From Octopus bimaculoides (taxonomy: Eukaryota), in contig NC_068988.1 in NCBI RefSeq assembly GCF_001194135.2, positions 10,531,821-10,592,974 of the forward strand: DNA of 61,154 nt, read 5' to 3'. The notes under the pieces are model-generated. The model did not search any database and was not told the DNA's origin. It was given only the letters and a program-made list of their open reading frames with translations. Below are positions 27,059-39,960 of the stretch, one piece after another. Made by a program: the position numbers and the translations under genes. The stretch's first letter is position 1. Each line of letters begins with the position of its first letter.

Positions 27059-27172
27059 GTCGTAAAGTCGATCGGTCGTAAGTCGATTGGTCGTAAGTCG
27101 ATTGGTCGTAAGTCGATTGGTCGTAAGTCGATTGGTCGTAAGTCGGATAGGTCGTAAATGGACGACGACCTG
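27059..27172 (-). repeat. 15-bp tandem array at a probable DNA-transposon end
   Basis: Four perfect GTCGTAAGTCGATTG units (27075-27134) with degenerate units on both sides, ending ..GACGACCTG followed by TA (27173-27174). Confidence 0.8.
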
Positions 27173-28783
27173 TATAAGGAAATTGAGAAAATCACTCGAC
27201 ATTTTTTGCCGCGAACTGTTATTGATTGTTCATTCTGGTTAATAAATCATTGTGAAATATGATAACATGTGGCCAGTACATTTTTGTGATTTTAAATGTC
27301 TATTATTGCATGCCTTATGTTAGCGAATATTGTATGAACAATATGGCTCGGAAATTTGACAGTAAATATGAATTGATAGATAAAAACCTTTTCCAATGAA
27401 AATAAAAAGACAAATCGAATGATTTAATGTCGAAGGCAGTCGATTAAATGATTTTATTTTGATGTATATTCTATTTCGTTTTCGTCTATCAGTAAATTGT
27501 AGTCTAAAATACCTCATATTTGTCTGTCAACTTTGAATAATGTGTTATAACAAATTTGCTCATAATATTACTAAGTGCTACAGTGTAACTCATATACACG
27601 CCATTTTGAAACACGGTCATTTGACGTTGAACAGATGGGCATATCGAAATGTAAGATATGATTTTATTTCCCATATGTGTTATAGTTTTTTTTTTTTTTT
27701 GGATGCTTAAAGAAAATAGAACGTTACTTGATTTTTATTGATCGGAAATGTGTTTTCTGATTTGGAATGCGTGCACATCTGGATTAGCATGAATAAGTAT
27801 GCTTCATACGTCAACAATTTTCATTTAATTTTCTTTTCTTTTGCATATCAGTAAAGCAAGAGAATGTGACAATGAAGAAATATGCAAAATTAATGCGTTG
27901 CAGATAGTTGCAAATAATGCGTTGCAATGCAAAGTGAAAAAATAAATCTATTGAATTATTGATTACTATAGAATAATATTGAAGATGAATGTGGGGAGAA
28001 AAGGAATGATCGATTTATAAATTATCTGTCTTTACGTGAAGAAAGTAACTCAGAGAATGCAATATGTCAAAATATGAGAAATGTAATGATAGGAATAGAA
28101 AGGAATTGATCCTTGAATATAATATGGACAGATCGGGAATGTGCCAAACGTATTAACGTTCCGAAAGGTACTTAAAGAAAGTTATTAAAGCCATAGTTTA
28201 CCCATCAAAAGTATAAGGAGTGTAAATTGTGTTGAAACAGTTACGATGCATAATCGCCGAAAGAGATTTATGATAATGGAAGAATTATTTATGCATTGTG
28301 CCCCATGCTGGGGCAATGTCTCTGGTTGAAGATGATAATACAATAGAATAATACTTACTTGTGTGTGTGTCTGTGTATGTGTGTGTGTGTGTGAGTGTGC
28401 ACACGCGTGTGTGGACGTGTACACCCGCGAGTGTGGACGTGTAGGTGGGTGTATTCGTTTATGAGTGTGTTCGTGTATGTGTTCAGTGATTTAAGGGATA
28501 TCTTGCAGTTGTGTATGAAATTATAAAACACAATGAATTATACTATTCTCAATGTCTATGGTAGAAAAGAGAATGCAAATATATTCCGGAGTCGATGGTA
28601 ACAAAAAAAAAAATGTTTATTGTTCTTTCTTTTGTTTTTCCTGACATATATTCCGCATATATATTTTCACACTCGGAATATCGTAAATCGTACTGCAAAC
28701 TTCTACACATAACTGTTTAATTCAGAAAATCACAAATAGTCGTAAATTACATTCTCGAGCTATTGATGGACCTGATGTTTTGA

Positions 28784-28927
28784 AAACAACTTGCACATGA
28801 AAGTGCTACCAGTCGAAAGCTCAGCATACTGGAAGCCAGCAAGGGTATGGGGCAATCAGGAGAGAACGCGCATCGTTTTGGGGTCTACCTCTCGACGGTA
28901 TCATTGCGCATCGGCCCCACTTGCTAG
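28784..28927 (+). pseudogene. Possible pogo/Tigger (CENP-B-like) N-terminal HTH relic
   Basis: RKLSILEASKGMGQSGENAHRFGVYLSTVS loosely resembles the K.L.I..A...G.SQ...AR.FGV..STVS pattern. No downstream DDE seen. Confidence 0.3.
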
Positions 28928-29478
28928 ATCTACTGTTTATCAAATATAGATCAATATTCTTCTAGACTTATCGTCTCTTTTTGCGGAAAGATAGATAAAT
29001 AGATAGATAAATATACTGGTGTATGCACACAGCTATATACACGGGAATATATAAATGGGAATAATATATTTTTTTAAAGAGTTTTTGGTACTATATTTAA
29101 AGGAAATGAAGTATTCCGACAATTGTTTCTGGAGTTCAATCAAGGAGTACATGAGAATCTTGCGATTCAATTCCAAGGAATTTTCCCATCATCAGCGAAA
29201 AAGAAAAGATTAATGTTTGCGCCAGAAATGTATTAAATTAACCGTTTAGTACTTTTAATTAAATTAACCATTGCTATACATATTTATATGCATGAGAATT
29301 TCTAACGTATTAACGTGAATTGTTTTACCAAAGAATTTCTAGAATTTTTGTCAAAATATACATAAACTGTAATTTGATTAGCTTGTGTAATAATACGATC
29401 CCTCAGTGCTCGGAATGCATTATTGAACTTCATTAGCGCCGTCTTAGTTCCCTTTGAGCATTATTATATATTATGTTG

Positions 29479-29690
29479 AAGGCGGCAAGCTGGTAGCATC
29501 GATAAAACGCCGGACAGAATACTCAATGACATTTCGTTCGTCTTTACGTTCTGAGGTCAAATTTCGCCGAGGTCGAATTTATCTTTTCGATGTCGATGAG
29601 TTAAGCACCAGTGAAACACTGATGTCGATATAATCGACTGGTCCACTCCCGAAAAATCTCAGACCCTGTGCCTTTTCTAGAAAGGATCTT
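29479..29690 (+). mobile_element. SINE family A, diverged
   Basis: AAGGCGGCAAGCTGGTAG..CGTTCTGAGGTCAAATTTCGCCGAGGTCGA..TTAAGCACCAG aligns with 2415-2600. Confidence 0.85.
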
Positions 29691-32074
29691 AATATACTAT
29701 GTGGCTGTCTAATTTTGAGTATGTCAGTAATATCGGCCTTTCTGATCTCCAAAGTTATCGTTCTTTTCCTTATCAATAAAGATTCAGCATATCGTAAACA
29801 TGTGTACCTCTGTGCACCCTGGGTCATCATGACCGAACGTTTCTTCAATGACAAGCATCGGTGATGTAATAGTCAAATTCTTTCGCAATAGTAAATTTCA
29901 TTTATATTTACATTATCTATTGTCATCACCCAGGTTAAATACAATAAATTTCGTAGACAGAAAGGAATATGGCTTCTATCGTAGTAATTCAAGACATCTT
30001 GCATGCAATTCGTTAATTCATAATGAGATGTTGTTATGGTTGTGGAATGTATCTGGGTGAGACTTTCTTTCACATACAGCAAAACGTTTTAGAGATTATG
30101 AAGTTCTTTTTTGTTTTTCCCCCCTATATCAACTGTGCTATTAGATTTCACCATCTCTAACTTTATCTTTACGTGAAATATATCGTTTCATCAATGATAT
30201 TGCAATGAAAGTCTTTTCTTCCATTCTGATATATTATACAAAAAGACATTGAACTAAACAAGTAATGCCCTCCCATCATTCATTGTTATAGTTTCTCTGT
30301 TTTCCAATAACGACTGATGTTACTTTTTCTTCTTGTATTTAGGCGTGTATAGACCCACTAATATTTCATCTTTTGAAGAAGTCTCGAAGACGTGTATTTC
30401 AGCGCAAAATTTTTGTCGCTGCCTCTATACAATGTTTTGTGTGTTTCTTGGGTTTGTATCATCTCATTAAAGGAGGTAGCGTTTTTATGATATAGGTATA
30501 GAAATGCATTGTGTTCTAAATATATTTGATCGTCTGTGAGTTTCTAGATTGTTATCTTGCTGTGCCAATGATCGCAAGAATCGCGTCGTTCAGCAAAAAC
30601 AAAAGAGACATATTGAAATTTAAGTCCTTATCGATTTTTTAATCTATATGTTTATTGGGATCAGAGCCTAGAATGCATAATCAACGTAATATACTTCTGT
30701 AAAACATCGTATGTTCTCTTCTGTCATTTTTTGTTTATTTGCCTTTGTTGCAGCGAAAATTGAAGTTATGCAGGAACGATATAACCAACGATGACTATAA
30801 TGACCTGTTTGTAATCCGTTCAATTTTACTCTGGGATAGATATGTTGTGATTACTCAACGTACAATAAAAATTCTATATATAAATATTTTTATATTGTGA
30901 TATTGTGTAAGGTTAGTATGTAGCTTTAATTGTTGCTTATTCTATAAAATGGTCAAGAAGTTAAGAAATTAAAAAAAATATTACTTTTAATTCATAATGC
31001 CTTGCTGATTGTGTGTATTTAATGTTATCTGGTGTTACTCGTAAACAATCAGTCTATGCGCCTGGTAGTTATTTAGATATATCTTTGGGAGATCGACGTT
31101 AAGTTTGATTTATGTCATCTTCGAACTATCGTGCGCAATAGCCAGTTTCCACTGTGTATGAAGTGCGTTGTGTAAGTTGCGTAGCTGTGAGAAAGTCTTG
31201 TAATAATAATCTAAAAGGTATGTGCAAGTGGAAAGATCTACTTAATACGCCGTTCAGTAATTTACATATTCCGCAAATATTCTTCACATTTACTGTACCT
31301 CCGATAATCTCTACTGATTATAAAAATTTCATGTCTAAATTTCGCCTCAGATATTTTCATGGATAATACTTTTCTTCGCTCGTAATTTTGTGCGGATATA
31401 ATAATCATATTTTCAAGCAGATAGTAAATGTATTCATTTTGTTTGGCGTTTCTGTTTTTACTTTTATGTGTGGATTTGTAAGAAAGCGAGAAAGAAACAT
31501 CTTTGTTGTTTGAATATGGAATTGTTGCTGGATATTGCGAGTGTGCTGTACTTAGCTATTTGGCGGTTGTTATAACTGAAACATTTCATATGTTATGCTG
31601 AGATTTTTTTTATGATTCAATTTAGATACATTTTTGCAATTATATTCTATTTTGGAGATTTTTTTTTTCTTTTTTCGCTTTATTAGCTGCAATATTTTTA
31701 TATATGTTTAGCTATCTGCATTTCCTTCACAGAATGGTTTTTACTTCCATTAGCTTATATCTACCACATTATATTTGTAGTCTGTTAGATGTTGTATTTA
31801 AGCTTTGGAAAACCAGTGAATTAATGTTCTCTATATTCTTATTCCACTAATTTCTGTATAGTCCAATTATGGTCTTCCTGATATTTCTAATATATATATA
31901 TATACTCTCATTACATTGTTTGAAATATGGCTTACGATACGTAAATAAATTTCTCTTCTCCAATTTCAGGATGGAAAAGAAATGATTTAAATGGGCTATC
32001 ATGGACAGTAGTAAGCGTGGTGCAATGCTGAATGTTTTACTTAAATACATACACACATACATAAATATATGTCG

Positions 32075-32126
<52 letters not shown>

Positions 32127-32809
32127 NNNNNNNNNNNNNNNNNNNNNNNNNNNNNNNNNNNNNNNNNNNNNNNNNNNNNNNNNNNNNNNNNNNNNNNNNN
32201 NNNNNNNNNNNNNNNNNNNNNNNNNNNNNNNNNNNNNNNNNNNNNNNNNNNNNNNNNNNNNNNNNNNNNNNNNNNNNNNNNNNNNNNNNNNNNNNNNNNN
32301 NNNNNNNNNNNNNNNNNNNNNNNNNNNNNNNNNNNNNNNNNNNNNNNNNNNNNNNNNNNNNNNNNNNNNNNNNNNNNNNNNNNNNNNNNNNNNNNNNNNN
32401 NNNNNNNNNNNNNNNNNNNNNNNNNNNNNNNNNNNNNNNNNNNNNNNNNNNNNNNNNNNNNNNNNNNNNNNNNNNNNNNNNNNNNNNNNNNNNNNNNNNN
32501 NNNNNNNNNNNNNNNNNNNNNNNNNNNNNNNNNNNNNNNNNNNNNNNNNNNNNNNNNNNNNNNNNNNNNNNNNNNNNNNNNNNNNNNNNNNNNNNNNNNN
32601 NNNNNNNNNNNNNNNNNNNNNNNNNNNNNNNNNNNNNNNNNNNNNNNNNNNNNNNNNNNNNNNNNNNNNNNNNNNNNNNNNNNNNNNNNNNNNNNNNNNN
32701 NNNNNNNNNNNNNNNNNNNNNNNNNNNNNNNNNNNNNNNNNNNNNNNNNNNNNNNNNNNNNNNNNNNNNNNNNNNNNNNNNNNNNNNATATATATATATA
32801 TATATATAT

Positions 32810-33017
32810 AATGGTATTTTTATATAAGCTTAAAGCTTATGGTGATCACCGTGCAATGACTAAGGGAAATAGTCTAATAAAGGGGTATATAAGCCCTCGA
32901 GAGAAAAAACAAAACTTTCCTATCAATCGAGGGCTTATATGCCCCTTTATTAGATTATTTTCCTTAGTCAGTGTATGGTGATCGCCATAATCTTTACATA
33001 TATATAAAAATACCATT
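32810..33017. mobile_element. Fold-back / MITE-like element, ~90-bp inverted arms with a 26-bp spacer
   Basis: Arm 32810-32900 (AATGGTATTTTTATAT...ATATAAGCCCTCGA) is the reverse complement of 32927-33017 with only a few mismatches and indels. Confidence 0.85.
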
Positions 33018-33088
33018 GTTACCATTTACCGGATTGTAAACTCGGCGGCGTATAAAAGAACCATTCGCACTGAAAGCATATACATATA

Positions 33089-33193
33089 TAGGCTTACAAA
33101 GAATAAGTCCTGGGGTCGACTTGTTCGGAAAAAATGGGGCGCCCCAGTATGGCCGCAGTCAAATGACTGAAATAAGTAAATGAATAAAAGAAT
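33089..33193 (+). mobile_element. SINE family C 3' tail
   Basis: AGGCTTACAAAGAATAAGTCCTGGGGTCGACTTGTTCG..CCCCAGTATGGCCGCAGTCAAATGACTGAAATAAGTAAA. Confidence 0.8.
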
Positions 33194-33883
33194 TATGTTA
33201 TAAATTCCATTTGTTTACAGCTGTTCCTGTTATATGAGGCCATGTATTTCAAATTTATTATTTAAGTATCACTATGTAGCTTCATCGAGATGCAAACCTG
33301 AATAGGGTGATGCTTATGCATGCAACAGTGAGTGCAATGCACTTCATGGCACTTGGTGGTAGAAACAGCTGTAAGCTAATGAAGTTCCTAAGATAACTGT
33401 TTATTTTCTTTGTTGTCGGCTAAATTCATTTTCATCTGAAGATTAATAACTGAAAGCACCATGCGAGCTTTCAATATCTGCACTGAACGCACCCAAGCCG
33501 GAAATGAATGGAAAATAGATATTTAAAAAATGCTGTAACGTCAGTATTATTTTTTATCAGTGAGGCACAGGTATATCTGATATTGAGGATAAGAACAACG
33601 AATATGAAACTTCAAATATAATACTAGTTTGGGTTCCTTAAAATTTTTAATCAGAATTTCAAATAACGAGAATATTATAAATAAAAGTTAATTCTTTTTT
33701 TTTTGAACAAACAATTCGTTAGCGTATTACAAAGCAGGGCAGAATATGAACTGGCGACAAGGACTGTCAAATTAACACGACCGGTTGCCAAAAGAAAATA
33801 AGAGAGTCGCTTCTACATTATACAGAGGATGATCTGGAGCGGAAGCAAATCAGAAAAACAACTCATACACACATATTAAAAGA

Positions 33884-34188
33884 GCACTCCGTCCGTTACG
33901 AGGACGAGGGTCCCAGCTGATACGATCAACGGAAGAGCTTGCACGTGAAATTAACGTGCAAGTGGCTGAGCACCCCGCAGACACGGTACCCTTAACATAA
34001 CTCTGAGGGAGATTCAGCGTGACAAGGCTGGACCTTTGAAATACAGGTACAGCTCATTTTTGCCAGCTGAGTGGACTGGAACAACATGAAATAAAATGTC
34101 TTGCTCAAGGACAGAACGCGTCGCCAGGAATTGAACACACGACCTTACAATCGTGAGTGTAATACCCTAACCTGTAAGCCACGCGCCT
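33884..34188 (-). mobile_element. tRNA-derived SINE, family B
   Basis: Minus strand AGGCGCGTGGCTTACAGGTTAGGG..GTTCAATTCC..TTGAGCAAGACATTTTATTTCATGTTGTTCCAGTCCACTCAGCTGGC; the core is shared with 54370-54590. Confidence 0.85.
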
Positions 34189-37100
34189 TCACATACACAC
34201 ATATTATTGCGTATATAAATAGGCAAGAAAACGAAAGCTGCTGATTTTAGAAAGAGCTTCGTAGCGGCGAATTTATCACATACCGAGTTATCACGATTCT
34301 AATATCTGAAATTGAGAAGGAATTTCATGATTATTCCTAACTTTGCCCTCTTAAAAAGTTGCAACATAGATAAATTATAAAATAAATTAACGGCCTGGTA
34401 TAGATTCGAAGAAAGTATACTTTCTGACACTGTAATTTCCGCTTCTATACTCAAAATTGTTGAGTTTACAAGCAATATTACAATCACCCATCTGTGATAT
34501 ATGACAACGAGAGAGTTTGTATATATTTTGTTCAAGTAGTGAAAATACTATTAAACCATGCACCACCATTTGTCTTAAACAGGACATTCATATTGCATGA
34601 TATAATCATAGCAAGTTCCCAATGAATGGCAAACATTTTCCCATGGACGGAATGAACACTATGACCAATATCTTCATATTCCACTGCGCTCGCAACAAAT
34701 TTATCATTTTCTCGAAAAACGCACCACATTGTTTCGTATTTTGTTTACGAATATGGTATTTTGATATTTAGATGTCTGGCTCAGTTCATGACTCGCGTTT
34801 GTAGTTTGCCGAATTTTCCTCCTATTGTTTTCCAAATTAGTAAACAAAATTAAGTTTATTATTTGTGCCCGTTGATCAAGAAGCTGTGATCTCTATTTAA
34901 TAAATGAAACTGCATAATACGGCACTTAGTAACTGTTTATTTTTCTCAGACAGCAAATAATATATCAATAAATTGTATTCGGGGTAAATAATGAGTTGTT
35001 GAATCGAATGCATTTGAATGAACAAGAATATAATGAATACTAATATGCCTTTAGGCACAATTAGACAACTTAATTACAAATTTTGATATTTGAAAGGTTG
35101 TAACAATTATAGATGATGAATGAAAGTATTTTGAGGCGATTCTACTGCCGTTTAAACTTAGCGTATTTGAATCACTTCAGAAACAAGTCATCCAGGTGAA
35201 AATTGTTTTATTGTATCAGTGTATCTGATCTCGAACATCCCAAACATAACCTTTATAATATTTCATTTCAAACAACTACAGTTATGCAGCGTATGAAGTG
35301 ACAGTTATGTTATGTACGCATATATGTATGTATAAAATTGTATGCCTACAATTATGCATAAATATACTTATTGTATTACTAATGTGATTCCTTAGCACAA
35401 ATAAACCACAATTAGCCATTTGTCAGTTCGGCTAATTACCATTTGAAATTTCAAATAGATTATGTCTGAGCAACCAATGAAGCATTAAAATTTAGCCAGA
35501 GGAATCTTGCTAAATTACAATTTCAAACACTGTAGCCAGTCAACGAAATTGTTTTGATTATAGGCCTTTTATACTAATCAATCAAGTTACAATATAATGT
35601 TGTTTAATATACTAATTTCTGGATATTGATTACATTACCAATCAATCGAAATAGAAAGTTTTTCTTCTTTTATAGACAAATTTGCAATATAGTCTCAGAC
35701 ACCGATTTAAAATGAAGCAGCATTTTAATTGCATTTGTATTCAAATTTAGTTGTTTCATCCGATCAAAGCATCACTTTTATTTAACTTAGATACGGATTG
35801 ATTAATTTGCTAAACAAGACGTGTAATTAAAACTTTATTACTAATGCGCTTTGATACTTCGAAGAAAGGAAGCAAACAATAAAGGCAGAAAATCTATGAA
35901 TTTTCATAGAGGTAAGACGGCTTAATGATCTTAAAACATTAGACATTTCTGGCGAACAGAAAATAACCAAAAACTTTCCGCCTGAATTATAATGTTCATA
36001 TAATATTTCACTGTAACTCGGGAACAAACAGCTTAAGTAATATAAATTTAATATCACATGACTTAGATGAAAAAAGAAAGTTTTCTGAGTTCAAAAGTAT
36101 TGGCTATGAAAATATATTTTAAGCGATAATGAACGCTGAAATTTTTAAATTATTTAATTGGTAAATGGAATGATATGTTAATGTCTTATGCAGTACATAA
36201 ATGATTCATGTAGTTGTCGGGTTTGTTGTTGGGGGTTGAGATTTTGATGTTGATGTTGTTGTTAATATTGTTTAAATCTGATTGTGTATGCATATGATCA
36301 AAGATATAATAACTGTAAAGATATTGTCTAATAATCAATGCACATAGAGATATATCCTTTAATGAGGCTGTCTTTCTTCAAAGCGACACAGTATGATGTT
36401 AATGAGATTTGAGATTGACGTTCATCAGAAATGCATCATTGAGCTCTTTGTCTCTATACCCATGGTGTGATATTATTTATTTCACAAGTGTATTAAATAG
36501 GAGTGTCACGCAGGCTTTATTTTTAAAAAATCACTGAATTTGCATTGGACTTTTCCGCAATTCTAAAGTAGTAAAATTCTAAATATACCTGTACTGCTTT
36601 CAAAAACCTGTTAAACTCATTTCTTTTAAACAGACAAGACGTTATTAAACGTGTATTTCATGATTAATTTACAAAACTACTGGAGTATACTTGGCGATAA
36701 CCCTTTCCCTATTCAGGAATATATCTTTATTTTATCATACAGAAGAAAAAACAATCATGTGCATTCCGTAACAAACTCTACACAAGGAAAATAACTGACG
36801 ATTGCTCAACAAAGAAGACTCACTGAATATCGCATTCAAATACATCAATAGAAACTTTACCCAAATTGCAGTTTAGCTGAAATCCATGCTCATGAAGATT
36901 TGCAATTGACCTTTCGATAAATAATATATTATTACAAACTAGTAAACATACATTGGTCTTTGCATGCATAAGTTTTTAATTTGTTACAAAAACTATAGAT
37001 GTCTTCTTATGAATTTTAAATCGTCTTATGTATTTATCGCCTGGTTCTTGTCTTTGTCCTACATTTCTAAGTGACAGCTTATTCTAGAATATCCTTTGTG

Positions 37101-37214
37101 AAACTATATTTTGTAATCGGACATGAACAGTGACAAATAATACAAAAAACAGTCAGGAAGTAATTTATATTCTTTATTTGTATACCTAATTAATCATTTG
37201 GTCCAATATTGGTT

Positions 37215-37420
37215 TCAATCTTTGACACACAACCAGCAATATCAGGGTCATGGGTAAATCGATTATATCGACTCCAGATCGCATCTGGTACATAATCTAT
37301 CAGCCACAAATTGGGGAAGGCAAAGTCTATATCGGTGGAGTTTGAACTCAGAACGGACGGACGGACGAAATGCCACCAAACATGTGGCCCAACGTGGTAA
37401 CGCTTCTGCTAGCTCGGCGC
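37215..37420 (-). mobile_element. SINE family A, diverged
   Basis: Plus strand ATCGATTATATCGACTCCAG..GAAGGCAAAGTCTATATCGGTGGAGTTTGAACTCAGAACG..CTGCTAGCTCGGC is the reverse complement of family A. Confidence 0.8.
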
Positions 37421-39754
37421 AATAATTAGGTCTAATATCAGAACCTGGTCTTTGGTTGTCTTCACCAGCCATCAACTCCTTGTAAGATATCGTGAACTTA
37501 ACTCCATGAAAACATCGGAACAAAGACTATTTGTATCTTCATGTGATGAATCTGAAAGTAGAAACACAGCTATGAATCTGTCTTTATTGTACTTACAAAT
37601 CTGAAGGGCCCTGTATGGTTCCGGACTCATCCCTTACCTTCTTGACATACTGAAATCAAGTGATAATTTAAAAACTGTAGATAGTTAGGGTTTCATGTTA
37701 TATCTATGGGAGTTTCTTGGAATGCGTTACTCAGGTTTCTCTAAAGTGTTACGAAAATTTAATATTTTAAACGGGGTCTCGTAAAAGGACTCTAAATTCC
37801 ATTGAGTAATGAAACATAAATGTATTTTGTTTTTTTCGCTCCTTTGGTTTCTTGACTCTTTTGATTTACATTATATGAAAATATAGTAACTGATAATTAG
37901 AAACACAGGGTGATAAATGATATTAATATATATTTTCTATATTCATTAAAACGTTTCTGGCCCATAACTCCAACATTCCAAAGCTCCACCATTGAGACTA
38001 ATTGCTTCTCATCATGGTCTCTAATTCAAATCAAGAATATCCCAATCAATATTCTGAATAGACTTACGTTCTGATTTATCTGAAAATTTTCTGTTTCCGA
38101 TATAATAAATCCTCGGGGGAAATGAATGACGCTGTTCTAAAGAACTCGCTCTTCTTAATTAGGGAACTTTAATTATTTATTGGAAGTAACTTAGATTCGT
38201 AATAATACTAACCTCTGGGTGTGACGACCAAGATATAACCAAAGTTTTGAGCGATTGAATTGTAACTAATGTTTCCTTCCGTATTAGGATAATTTATTGC
38301 GGCTGAATAGATATCCTTTGCGCATTGAATATCTTGTTGCTGAGCTACAACATTAATTTCCAAAGACCACCAGATAAACCAGATAGATTGGTGTAATTTC
38401 TACACAACAAGTGGTGCCTAAAGCAAAGGAAGCGTTTGTATGGCAATAAACACAGCTAAAGACACACAATTGAAATTTTATAGACTTTGCTATAATGTCG
38501 ATTAAAATTAAAACCAAAATAGTTTACAAATCCATTCCTATTTCATTTGAACCAAATAGCATTACATTGCCAAATGTTATTTAGGTAATCACTAACCTCA
38601 CGACAACCCAATCACTTTCCATCGAACATATGAGCAAGACACAGCAGATCAACAATGACAGACTATGTATTCCTGCAATTCTTTTACTTTACGCCAGATG
38701 CAATTAATTGCTAGATACATTCTCATTACTTATTGCTTAAATAATATTAACACGAAATACATCATTTATTGGAGATGATATCTAATCAAACATGTAGTTA
38801 TATGACATATTTCTAACAAATTTGTAAAAAAAAATATGTCAACGAATACATTATTTATTGCTTATATTGTGCACAATATAAACACTCTCAATGTATATTA
38901 AACAATTTGTGTGCAGGAATTTAATATTTACCGATGTTAGAACGTTTAATTAACGATTCTTTCCACAAGAGATATTAAAGTAAGAAAATGATTGAATTTG
39001 ATATTTTGTAAATATAACTATGACACTCAGTTTTTCATCAAATAGCATATAAAATTACTGAAATTTTAATAGCTATATAAAATTGTCATGTGTATATGTG
39101 ATTGTGGAAACGAAGCGTAGGTTATATTTTTACCTGATTTATTTTTTAAATTGTGATACTATAAAACACGAAAAGGTTTCATATAGACACCGTGTACTGG
39201 ACGCGCGTGTATGTTAAATGTCGAAGAGAGGACATTAAAATACATATTAAATTCTTGGTTTTTACGAGGCTACACGCAATGACCGTCTAGTTTAACCTAA
39301 GTTTGCCTCTACACTTTGTCATGTCTAGTTTATCAATCACTAATATTTTCAGAATCATATCATCATGTCGACCACACCACGCATAAGGTTGTACAAGGTT
39401 ACAAGAGCTATCAAATATACTCATATATGTATGTATTGACATATTAATAGAGGTCAAAAAAGTGATAGAGGTTACTGACTAGCAACGCGTTTGTTAAAGC
39501 TAAGGGTTAAAGTAACTCAAAGCCACAACCGCACTTTCTAAAATGACTGACAAAGGGAGGTAAGTACTCAGCGTACACAGCGCGATCGCGATTTCGGATT
39601 TTGATATAGACCATCTTAATGCTCATCAGTGTGTCTTAACGCCTTGGGTTAAACCGAACTACATCTGTCAGTCTTAAAACAAAAATTGTTGAAAATATGT
39701 GCTGATTTTCAAAGCGATAAAGTGTAAACAACAAAATCATAGGTATTCAACGGT

Positions 39755-39960
39755 GAGCAGACACAATTGTTAGCACGCCAGACAATAGGCTTAGCGATAT
39801 TTCGCCTGTCCTTGCGTCGTGAGTTAAAATTCCGCCGAGATCAACTCAAACTTCATCCTTTCGGGTTTGATCGATAAAATAAGTACCAGTACTGACGTCA
39901 ATGTTATCGATTATCTTCTGCCCCCAAAATTTCAGATTTTGTGCCTATAGTAGAAAGGTT
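39755..39960 (+). mobile_element. SINE family A, diverged
   Basis: GTTAGCACGCCAGAC..GAGTTAAAATTCCGCCGAGATCAAC..TTCATCCTTTCGGG..GATAAAATAAGTACCAG. Confidence 0.85.

Noticed and set aside
27059-27160. Tandem array as a possible CRISPR
   Set aside because: Units are contiguous with no unique spacers, there are no cas genes, and the context is eukaryotic.
29079-29240. Open frame RVFGTIFKGNEVFRQLFLEFNQGVHENLAIQFQGIFP
   Set aside because: Weak acceptor, no donor and no recognisable family.
33280-33327. AG/GT-bounded 48-nt frame LHRDANLNRVMLMHAT resembling a kinase HRD motif
   Set aside because: The HRDxxxxN spacing does not fit and the acceptor lacks a pyrimidine tract.
36815-36909. Minus-strand frame SIANLHEHGFQLNCNLGKVSIDVFECDI ending at GTGAGT
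   Set aside because: Good donor but poor acceptor; no homology recognised.
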